Of a stretch of 64,000 nucleotides of DNA, positions 34,009-42,282 are shown piece by piece. Made by a program: the position numbers and the translations under genes. The notes beneath the pieces were generated by a model that did not search any database, was not told the DNA's origin, and worked only from the letters and a program-made list of their open reading frames with translations. How positions within the stretch are numbered: the first letter of the stretch is position 1; every line of letters starts with the position of its first letter. Location: assembly GCA_965649295.1 (NCBI GenBank), contig CBFGKH010000003.1, forward strand, positions 160,001 through 224,000, given 5' to 3'. The DNA is from a candidate division WOR-3 bacterium. Lineage in GTDB: Bacteria > Hydrothermota > Tepidihabitantia > Tepidihabitantales > Tepidihabitantaceae.

Positions 34009-34563
34009 TTGAGAAAGCCAGTGCTGCTACTTGCGGCAGCAGTCGGAATCAGCTCGGCGTACGTTCAAGCCTACTCAGTCACTCCTATCAAGGCAGCATG
34101 GAGCGGATGGACTAGCCGTGGAGACACCGTCTCCCAGACCCTGACCTGCAACTTCGACTCGCTGGCGTATGTCGAGCTGTTTGTCGGGGACCATAACGGT
34201 AGTGAAGCATACAACTTGCTGGTCGTGACGTACCCCGGTGGTGCGCCGGTTGCAAGTCAGGATGGCGGCAGCTACCTGCGACCGTGCCACTGGGTAAGGT
34301 TCGACCGAATCTCGGTAACGCATCCCCAGAGAATCGTCAAAGGGACACTTCTTGAGTTCCGCTTCACGCGGTCGGGTTCGGACAGCATCAACTACTTCTG
34401 GCAGGATGGCGACCCGTATCGTTACGGTGACATCGTTGTCGGCAGTGAGCCGATTCCCGGCCGCGACCTCTGTCTGCGGGTGTATGGCACACTCAACCCA
34501 GTGCCACCGGCGTTCTGGGGGATGGATAAGTGGAACTTCATCCCCTCGGTTTCGGCGGCTTGA
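34009..34563 (+). CDS. Secreted N-module protein 2
   Basis: Signal peptide, VQAYSV.P, constant blocks as above, ends IPSVSAA like module 1. Confidence 0.85.
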   Translation: MRKPVLLLAAAVGISSAYVQAYSVTPIKAAWSGWTSRGDTVSQTLTCNFDSLAYVELFVGDHNGSEAYNLLVVTYPGGAPVASQDGGSYLRPCHWVRFDRISVTHPQRIVKGTLLEFRFTRSGSDSINYFWQDGDPYRYGDIVVGSEPIPGRDLCLRVYGTLNPVPPAFWGMDKWNFIPSVSAA

Positions 34564-34596
34564 CGCAGGTGGGACCTGGCCGACAATGAAGCCATG
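34354..34596 (+). repeat. Array repeat R2
   Basis: Near-identical to R1/R0; similarity to R0 continues ~85 nt further through the signal peptide of the next gene. Confidence 0.95.
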
Positions 34597-36819
34597 ACTA
34601 CCAGGAGCCGCTGGGCCGGACTGACCATCCTGCTCCTGGCCGCAACAGCCGGGCTATCGGCCGAGCTCGACTACCGGCAGCACGGGGCGGTGCAGGAGAG
34701 CTTGAGCCGGGTTCCACCGAAGTGGCGATATCAGTGGCTGCAGTCGCGCGACATCGACGTCCCGGGCGTCACACGCTACCGCCCTGCCAGTACCGACTCC
34801 GGCCTGCGGCTCGTCGGTAAGTACGGCCGTGGCCGGTCCTGGGATGTCGAAGGACAGGACAGCATTGTCGCGCTGGCGCTGGGCAGCGAGGTGGCACTCT
34901 TCAACTTCGCCGACCCGAGCCGGCCCGAGCTGCTATCCGAGACCCAACTGGACTACCTGCCTGCCCAGGCCATCATCGGTGACAACCTGCTCTTTACCGG
35001 CCGCAACGGCATCGACATCTGGAATGTCAGCGACCCGCAGCAGCCATTGCGGCTCAGTCACCTTCCCTACATTGTCAGCGGCTTCGCAGTGACCGACAGC
35101 CTGCTCTGCTTTGTCAGTGGCGACTCGTTCTACTGCTACAACGTCGCCAACCCGGCAGCGCCGGCTCGGCTGGGCGCCTGCCGGGACAGCGGCTACGTTG
35201 TCACGGCGACGTCTGCCGTTGCCGTGCTCCTCACCCGCGACCTGCTGGCCTTCATCGACATCACCAATCCGCGAGCGCCGCGCCGCGCCGGCGGCTTTGG
35301 CGGCAACCCGCTGGCAGCCCAAGCGCGCGGCAGCCTTCTCTGCGCCACCTTTGCCAACCCCAACCAGCCGTCCGCGTCGCAATTCAAGACCATCGACATC
35401 CGCGACCCGGCCCATCCGGTGCAACTGGCCAGCCTTGACTCGGTCTGCGGCGTCGGCCTCTGCCTGACCGGGCAATACGCCTTCACCTCCGGGCGCGCCC
35501 ACTACGAGCCGATGCGCATCGTCAACATCGCTGACTCGGCGCGTCCGTTTGTGGCCGGCGAGCTTGCGCTGCCGTCGTCCGGCGAAGGCTGGGGAACGTG
35601 GGCTGACCTAGGCCGCAACCGCGCGTATGTCGCCTGGGACTACTGCGGCCTACAAGTCATCGACATCGCCAGCATCAGCTCGCCGGTGCTCGACACTGCC
35701 CTGCTGGTAGCCGACATGGCGCTCGACATCACCGTTGACGGCAACCGAGCCTACGTGGCAGCCTGCCGGGCCGGGCTGCGCGTGCTCGACGTCTCGGACC
35801 CGGCCAACCCGGTGGAACTGGGTGGATTCGACACGATTGCAAGCACGGTCGAAAGCAGAACGGTCGTGGCCCGGGACAGCTTCGCCTACATCGGCTGGTG
35901 GCCACTGCCGGCATTCCGGGTGGTGTCGGTAGCCGACCCCTCTAACCCGCAGCAAGTCGCAACCTGCAGTGTTCCGACCATCCCCGAGGACATGGTGTTG
36001 CGCGACACGCTCATCTACGGCGCCGGGCGGCTGCGGTTCTTCGTCGTCAACGTCGCCCGGCCGCGCCAGCCGGTGCTGATCGGGAGCTGTGTGCTGCCGG
36101 GGGACGTATGGGACTTAGACATCGAGGATACGCTGGCCTATGTGACCAGTAGCACGGTGGTTGTTGTGAACATCGCCCGTCCGAACAACCCCTTCATCAC
36201 CGCAACGTGGCGCACAATGGTGGCGCTCGACGTCGTTGATACCATCCTCTACACCATTGGCAGTAGCTATGTCTGGTCCGTGGACATGACGCAGCCAAGC
36301 CAGCCAGCAGTACTGGACTCACTAGCCATCCCGAGTTGGGTGTCGGATATCGCAGTCGAAGGCACACGCGCATATGCGGGCGGGGTAGTTGCGCACGTGT
36401 TGGACGTCAGCGATCAGCGGAACCTGAGAGAAGTCGGACGATGGACGCCGCCGCAAGCGTTCCGCCGCCTGCTAGCCACCGACCAATACGTGTATGCGGC
36501 CTGCTATGACGCGGGAGTCTGTATCCTGGAGACAACTGCGGTTGGCGTGGCGGAGGCACCGGTTGCCGGTGCCCGGCTGCTCGAGGTGTACGTTCGCCCC
36601 AGCCCGACATCGGGACGGGCGGCGATCGAGTTGGCGCCGAACGTGGACTGCGCAGTTTCAGTCCTAGACGCGACTGGTCGGCGAATCCAGCTTGCTCCTA
36701 GTTGTCACAGGGATGGGCGCGTGGTCTCGCTGGACATCACTCGACTAAGAGGAGGCGTGTACTTTGTGGAGGTCAGTACCGACAAGAAACGTCTTACGAC
36801 CAAGATCGTGAAGCAATAG
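34594..36819 (+). CDS. Secreted LVIVD-repeat beta-propeller protein 3 with T9SS-type CTD
   Basis: Signal peptide near-identical to protein 1; LVIVD-like repeats; LDATGR...GGVYFV...TTKIVKQ. Confidence 0.88.
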   Translation: MTTRSRWAGLTILLLAATAGLSAELDYRQHGAVQESLSRVPPKWRYQWLQSRDIDVPGVTRYRPASTDSGLRLVGKYGRGRSWDVEGQDSIVALALGSEVALFNFADPSRPELLSETQLDYLPAQAIIGDNLLFTGRNGIDIWNVSDPQQPLRLSHLPYIVSGFAVTDSLLCFVSGDSFYCYNVANPAAPARLGACRDSGYVVTATSAVAVLLTRDLLAFIDITNPRAPRRAGGFGGNPLAAQARGSLLCATFANPNQPSASQFKTIDIRDPAHPVQLASLDSVCGVGLCLTGQYAFTSGRAHYEPMRIVNIADSARPFVAGELALPSSGEGWGTWADLGRNRAYVAWDYCGLQVIDIASISSPVLDTALLVADMALDITVDGNRAYVAACRAGLRVLDVSDPANPVELGGFDTIASTVESRTVVARDSFAYIGWWPLPAFRVVSVADPSNPQQVATCSVPTIPEDMVLRDTLIYGAGRLRFFVVNVARPRQPVLIGSCVLPGDVWDLDIEDTLAYVTSSTVVVVNIARPNNPFITATWRTMVALDVVDTILYTIGSSYVWSVDMTQPSQPAVLDSLAIPSWVSDIAVEGTRAYAGGVVAHVLDVSDQRNLREVGRWTPPQAFRRLLATDQYVYAACYDAGVCILETTAVGVAEAPVAGARLLEVYVRPSPTSGRAAIELAPNVDCAVSVLDATGRRIQLAPSCHRDGRVVSLDITRLRGGVYFVEVSTDKKRLTTKIVKQ

Positions 36820-36828
36820 GCGAAGACG

Positions 36829-39800
36829 ATGACGAAGTGTCTAGGGTTGCTTCTACTCGCCTCTGCGGGCATTAGTCTAGGGCTCGTACAGGCGTACTCG
36901 GTTACCCCAACCCGCGGGCAGTGGTCTGACTGGGCACCGAGCCAGTTCCCGTACAACTACGTCTCCCAGACCCTGACCTGCAACTTCGACTCGCTGGCGT
37001 ATGTCGAGCTGTTTGTCGGGGACAGAGGCGCCAATCCGGACCTGTCCTACAAGGCAGAAGTGTATGAACCCGGCGGTGTGCATCCAGTTGCGTCCAGCGA
37101 CCGAGTCACGGCTCAGCAGAACTGGGCCTGGCTCAAGTTCCCGCTGAGGGCACAGTCCGGCTACTCATTCACCAAAGGCAAGGTGTATGAGTTCCGCTTC
37201 ACGCGGGCTGGGACAGACAGCATCAACTACTTCTGGCAGGATGGCGACCCGTATCGTTACGGCGACATCGTTGTCGGCGGCGAACCGATTCTCGGCCGCG
37301 ACCTCTGTCTGCGGGTGTATGGCACACTCAACCCGGCGCCGCCGGCGTTCTGGGGCATGGATGAGTGGAACTTCGTGCCGTGGAGCGACAACGACTCTGC
37401 CAACCGCGACCGACTGCGCCAAGAGTGCGGAGCGCTTGCCCGCGCCGCTGGTGTCGGCACGATGATGACCTACGCACGCTGGCACACCCAAGATTCTCTC
37501 ACCATACTGCAGCGGAGAAGCCGACCGGACTCGGCGCGCTGGAACTGGCTCGACTTCGACGCCCGGCTCTGGGCAATTGCCCATGATGCACAGTGCCGGC
37601 CAGTGATTAACATTCAGGGCGTACACAAGATTGCCAGTTCGCGGCATGCCTTCATCAAGGCCAGAGAGCCGGCTAACACCGATTACTACTTGGTCTGGGA
37701 TACAGCAACGTACTGCGCGCCACGTGGTCTTTGGAAGCCTCTCTACTCCGAGGAGAACTCCTGGTCGCGCTACATCCGTGAACTCGTGACCCATCTGGAA
37801 CAGGACACCCAGCGACGGCGCTGGCCCGGACCGCCCTGCAGTACGGTTCATGTCTGGGAGATATGGAACGAGCCGAACGACACCTGTATCAGGAGCGAGC
37901 GCTACATCGAGGACTTCGTGACCGGCTGGTGGCGCCGACCGACCATTGAGTACACGTCCGGGTTTGACGGATTGCGGGGGTTGTGCTCATTATATGTGCA
38001 GATGGCGTGGGTTGCGGCTAAGGTCATTCGCGACCAGCCGGGACATCAGCACGACACGATTGTCATTGGCAGCACCAACCGCGCGTTCTACCCGCGGCCA
38101 GTTGACGATGCTTGCTCAGGCATTGACTTCATCCGCACCTGCTATCAGATTGCGGCCGCCGATACGACCAAGGGCATCTTCTGGGATGGGGTTTCGTTCC
38201 ATCCCTACCAGTCTCACTTTGGCTTCGACCCAGAGGACTTCGCGGCCCAGGCTGAGTCGGTGCTGGCTGTAGCCCGTGAGTTCGGTGATTTCGACTGTCT
38301 TCTCTGGAACTCGGAATGTGGACTGGTGAACTACGACTGGCGCAACATCTCGGACATCAATAGGCACTATCAGACTGATGCAACCCAATACCTTCCCCAG
38401 ATCTACACCTCGGCGCTGGCGTCACAGGCGTCACCCGGCGCCCGCTACTATGCCTGCCAGTGGTGGTGGTTCAGCAACACAGACACGGCATCGAATTACG
38501 GGCTGGTCTGCTTGCGCAACTTCTACCCGGACAGCACCGGAACCGGCCGCTGGGAGACGCTACCGAGCTACAACGAGTTCGGGCGCCTGACTAGGGCACT
38601 GAGCGGGCTGCGGTTTGAACGAAGAGTGTTGGCAGGTGACATTGCGCAGGATACTGGGTTCCGGATGTATGAGTTCAGCAACCCGGCACAGGACAACCGC
38701 CGAACCTGGGTCGGCTGGGCAGTTGATAGCAAAGGTCGAACTCCCAAGACGGTTGCGGCACGGTTTCCCGTGCGGACCGACTCAGTCATTCTCGGTACGC
38801 TTGGCGCAGCGCACGGCGCTGCGCCGGCCGACCCTGACGGCTGGTTGCGGTTAACTCTCAGTGCGCAGACGATGCAGGTTGACGAGTATGCCGGGCAGCC
38901 CGTGCGTCCGGACTTCGTCGTGGACTCGGTGCGGGTGCGGCCATTACGACCACAGGTGAACAGACCGTGCACGCTGCTGGCCTACGTGCGAGACCACGGA
39001 ACAAGAAACAGACCTGGCATTCGCCCGCTGGTCCGATTCGGATGGGATGAAGACTCGGTGGCAACAGTGCCAATGGATACCTCGCATGACGCCGGTCCGG
39101 TGCGCTTCGTCATCGCTGCCGTGCCACCGGCAATGCACGGTATCAGGCTGTTCACGGCCTTGGTCAATCCCAAGCAGGAGTTTGTTGAGCTAGGAATGGA
39201 CGACAACACCGGCTACCAAAAGACCAGGGTCGTGCGCCCACCAGAAGGCAGCATCGCGATTGCCAGCCACGACAGCCGACACAAGCTGCCCATCGTGCCG
39301 GTGCGGTTGCGCACCGAAAGCAGAGAACGAGACACGACGGGCAATACTCCAGCGGACTCGGCCCGGCTGATCCAGGTGCTGGTTAGCAATGCCGATTCGG
39401 TGCTGGCTACAGACACTGGCGCGTGGTTCTCGGGCGCGGTCAGGGACACGACGCTCCGGTTTCTGCTTGGCCAGGGCCGGTATCGCATCCTATTCCAGGT
39501 GCGCGACTCTGGCGACAACTACAGCCTGCCGATTGCGGACACGCTGCATCCGACTATCCTCTTCGACTCAACCTCGGCAACCGGCACCTTGGAGTTGTAT
39601 ATCGGGCAGAGGTTCTCGACCATGCAGCAATACACCCTCTCACTGTCTGCGACCAACAGGCTCTCCGACAGGTGGATAGTGCGGCTTGGCCACGAGGCAC
39701 AGTTGTGGCAAGCGCTGTACGACCTTCCAGTCTCGACGCAAGAACTCTTTCCGGCTAACGACATACCGCAATCACTGATTTGCGAGGAAAGAGAACAAGA

Positions 39801-39930
39801 TGAGCAGTCAGCAGCCGGGATGCGATTCACAGACGAGATGACAGGACTCAACATCCCGCATCGGCCAGTTATTGTTGTGTACTTAAAAGTACACAATGAC
39901 AAAGGGCCGGGTTCGGACAGAAGTACATGA
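36829..39930 (+). CDS. Secreted clan GH-A-like glycoside hydrolase (N-module, TIM barrel, CARDB/Ig); C-terminal tail possibly degenerate
   Basis: WEIWNEPN (acid/base), WDGVSFHPY, LWNSECG (nucleophile-like), PDFVVDS...DDN CARDB-like module. Confidence 0.72.
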   Translation: MTKCLGLLLLASAGISLGLVQAYSVTPTRGQWSDWAPSQFPYNYVSQTLTCNFDSLAYVELFVGDRGANPDLSYKAEVYEPGGVHPVASSDRVTAQQNWAWLKFPLRAQSGYSFTKGKVYEFRFTRAGTDSINYFWQDGDPYRYGDIVVGGEPILGRDLCLRVYGTLNPAPPAFWGMDEWNFVPWSDNDSANRDRLRQECGALARAAGVGTMMTYARWHTQDSLTILQRRSRPDSARWNWLDFDARLWAIAHDAQCRPVINIQGVHKIASSRHAFIKAREPANTDYYLVWDTATYCAPRGLWKPLYSEENSWSRYIRELVTHLEQDTQRRRWPGPPCSTVHVWEIWNEPNDTCIRSERYIEDFVTGWWRRPTIEYTSGFDGLRGLCSLYVQMAWVAAKVIRDQPGHQHDTIVIGSTNRAFYPRPVDDACSGIDFIRTCYQIAAADTTKGIFWDGVSFHPYQSHFGFDPEDFAAQAESVLAVAREFGDFDCLLWNSECGLVNYDWRNISDINRHYQTDATQYLPQIYTSALASQASPGARYYACQWWWFSNTDTASNYGLVCLRNFYPDSTGTGRWETLPSYNEFGRLTRALSGLRFERRVLAGDIAQDTGFRMYEFSNPAQDNRRTWVGWAVDSKGRTPKTVAARFPVRTDSVILGTLGAAHGAAPADPDGWLRLTLSAQTMQVDEYAGQPVRPDFVVDSVRVRPLRPQVNRPCTLLAYVRDHGTRNRPGIRPLVRFGWDEDSVATVPMDTSHDAGPVRFVIAAVPPAMHGIRLFTALVNPKQEFVELGMDDNTGYQKTRVVRPPEGSIAIASHDSRHKLPIVPVRLRTESRERDTTGNTPADSARLIQVLVSNADSVLATDTGAWFSGAVRDTTLRFLLGQGRYRILFQVRDSGDNYSLPIADTLHPTILFDSTSATGTLELYIGQRFSTMQQYTLSLSATNRLSDRWIVRLGHEAQLWQALYDLPVSTQELFPANDIPQSLICEEREQDEQSAAGMRFTDEMTGLNIPHRPVIVVYLKVHNDKGPGSDRST
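37168..37374 (+). repeat. Array repeat R3 (internal, in frame within the full-length GH-like gene)
   Basis: Matches R1/R2 up to ATGGATGAGTGGAACTTC, then diverges into the catalytic domain. Confidence 0.93.
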
Positions 39931-40263
39931 TTTTTCAACTGGTTGGATGCATCGGTCGCTTTTTGCGACCCCATCCCCGGGACTGTCCCCGGAGTGGTCT
40001 CCGGAACCTACTATTAAACTGCCCTCCAAGGCATCGCTGTTGCTGTCTCGGGCTTGGCTGGTGAGGCTGCCTGCCAACCCCTCTCGCCGTCTGCCTAAGA
40101 CCGAGCTCTGCCAGCCCTTCTCAATTGGGCCTGTGGAAAAGCTGCTGACTCTCCCTAACAGAAGACCCTAGCCACCCCTTCGGCCCGCGCTACCGAGTCT
40201 CACTGCCAAGCGGTCTGTGATATCCCTTCCGTAAGGCCTGACTAAGGTGCTGGGCAAACCTGC

Positions 40264-42189
40264 TCAGTCGAGCCTGACCACCTTGGCCCTAGCAACCCGA
40301 CGCCCGTCCGTGGCAGCCACAAAGTAAACGCCAGGACCTACCTGTCGCCCGTGCCCGTCGCAACCATCCCAGAAGAACGTTAGACCGTCTGCTGCCAATT
40401 GATTGGATGCCAGCGAACGAATTAGCCGGCCGCTTCTATCAAACACTGAGATACGCGACCGGCCAAGACCGAACCCGGCTGCCGTAATCGCAAGCCTGCC
40501 ACGAAAAGGAGCCGGTGTGCAGATGAGCTCTGGCTGTTCCCCGCTACTTGCAGTCGGTTCAGCCTGACCGGTCTGGGACGGCTGCCGAAACGCAACTGCC
40601 CGGCCCGGTGCAACCGGTGCCGCAGTGGCTGGGTAGTTGTCATTGAAACAGTATTGAATCGCACTGGCGCAGTCAAGGTCCTGGATGCCGACGGTTGACG
40701 AATAGAAACCGGCACCAGTCAGATATTGAAGAAGAATAGTATTGTCCTCGGTAGGCCGGCACCACGACCGGCCATAGATTACAATCTCGAACTTGTCTGG
40801 CGGATAGGGATTGGCGTAGTAGCCAACTGAGTCCCATTCGATGACCAACCAGTCGAACAAGGAATCGTAGTGCCACCAGACGCCGTTGCCTGTGGCAGGA
40901 TAGAGGTCGTCCCAATTCACGGCAATGAGGCCAGGTGGCATTGCTACATTCGGCAGCGGAGTATTGGCATAGGCGCTATTGGTCGTCGCGCCCGGTGCGA
41001 CCCAGCCATTCGAGCAGATGGCGAGTCGGTCGAAAAAGGTGCCATAGCGCCGGAACCCAAAACCCGGCGGCAGATTGACAACTACGGTCTGGTCGTCAGC
41101 TAGGACAAGCCGCGTGCCCAGGCCATTGACCTCTATCCAATTGAAGCTCGGTGCCTCGGCAGCAAAATCGCCGTCGTCATAGGCATACTCGTTGTGCCGA
41201 TTCGGCCCAGTTGGAAAGGAGACGCTATCGCCAATCGGTACCCGAATGTGCAGAGTCTCGACCACGACCAGTGACCCGAACAGGGTAATGTCGAAAACTG
41301 CGGTATCACCCGGCCAGGGAAAGTAGTAGCTGGCCCTTACCCGGAACCGATTGCCGTAGTTGGCCGCGGTCCCAGCCGGTGCGAGCGTGCCCCAGGCTCC
41401 GAGACTATCAAGCACCTGACAACGGGGATGGCCGGTCCTCATTTCGCCGACAACAGCGACAAGGTTCGGACCGGTGTTGCGCAGCCCGAGCACGATGTCA
41501 GCCGCCTCGCCCGGGTCGAGCACGCCGTTGCGGCCGTCGTCAATCAATACCCACTCGCACTCGAGGTCGCGGCCAAGCGTATCAAAGAGACTGATGTCGT
41601 CAGCATAGGCCCAGGCCTCGCTGTGCTGCCTAGCGGTCGCCTCGCCGCTGGCGACCACGCCAACACTAATCGAACGAATCTGGGCACGGTTCACTTCAGG
41701 CAGGCTGTCGAGCTCGGTATTGATGGCCAGCACCCAGGAATCCCACCTCGCCGGAGCCGGAATGATGTGCAGCGCCGGGTTACTCCGCCACGGACAGCGC
41801 TGGGACAGGTTGGCAATTCGGGTCTCGCCCAGCACCGCGCCAGTTGAATCCCGGTAGGACAGAACGATTGCCGCTGCTGCCCATGCGCCCGGCGCGGTAT
41901 CGAGTTCCCTTGCCCACAGGCTGGCACGGCACGAGAAATAGAGGTCGGTGCCGGTGACGGAGAGATTCTGTTCGAGCTTGGTGATTCCGCCATCATAGCG
42001 GTAGGCCAATAGCTCATAGTCAGGGTCGCGGACATAGCGCCGGCTGCGGCTGACTCTCCCCTGACCCGGACCGCCAATCGTGACTGTCCAGCCCGAATCA
42101 GTCCCTAGCTCGAATCCGCCATTCTGCACCAGTTCAGTGGCAACGCTAACTGCCACCCCCAACATGAACGCAAGCAGAAACCGCAGCAT
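40264..42189 (-). CDS. Secreted protein: CBM-like domain, Ig, nidogen-like domain, FlgD-Ig/T9SS-type CTD
   Basis: LVQNGGFE; NGVLDPGE...LRN.G; ICSNGW...WDDL; FDRSGRLIRSL...WDG.D..G..V.PGVYF. Confidence 0.75.
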   Translation of the reverse strand: MLRFLLAFMLGVAVSVATELVQNGGFELGTDSGWTVTIGGPGQGRVSRSRRYVRDPDYELLAYRYDGGITKLEQNLSVTGTDLYFSCRASLWARELDTAPGAWAAAAIVLSYRDSTGAVLGETRIANLSQRCPWRSNPALHIIPAPARWDSWVLAINTELDSLPEVNRAQIRSISVGVVASGEATARQHSEAWAYADDISLFDTLGRDLECEWVLIDDGRNGVLDPGEAADIVLGLRNTGPNLVAVVGEMRTGHPRCQVLDSLGAWGTLAPAGTAANYGNRFRVRASYYFPWPGDTAVFDITLFGSLVVVETLHIRVPIGDSVSFPTGPNRHNEYAYDDGDFAAEAPSFNWIEVNGLGTRLVLADDQTVVVNLPPGFGFRRYGTFFDRLAICSNGWVAPGATTNSAYANTPLPNVAMPPGLIAVNWDDLYPATGNGVWWHYDSLFDWLVIEWDSVGYYANPYPPDKFEIVIYGRSWCRPTEDNTILLQYLTGAGFYSSTVGIQDLDCASAIQYCFNDNYPATAAPVAPGRAVAFRQPSQTGQAEPTASSGEQPELICTPAPFRGRLAITAAGFGLGRSRISVFDRSGRLIRSLASNQLAADGLTFFWDGCDGHGRQVGPGVYFVAATDGRRVARAKVVRLD

Positions 42190-42282
42190 GACTAAGACAT
42201 TCTATTACCCGCCCTGTCACTGTCAAAAACACTGACTGCCGGTTTGACGGGTTCGCACCGTGCCGCTACAATCAGGCCGCTG

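Noticed and set aside
28795..37374. CRISPR array, integron or DGR interpretation of the repeats
   Set aside because: Repeats are 75-260 nt, protein-coding and 2.8 kb apart. No attC-like palindromes, integrase, cas or reverse transcriptase gene in the window, and differences are not adenine-specific.
29091..37851. Several long antisense ORFs in the array (281, 189, 228 aa) and short MAHST...TMKP ORFs
   Set aside because: Alternative frames of GC-rich genes and of the repeat; no independent starts or motifs.
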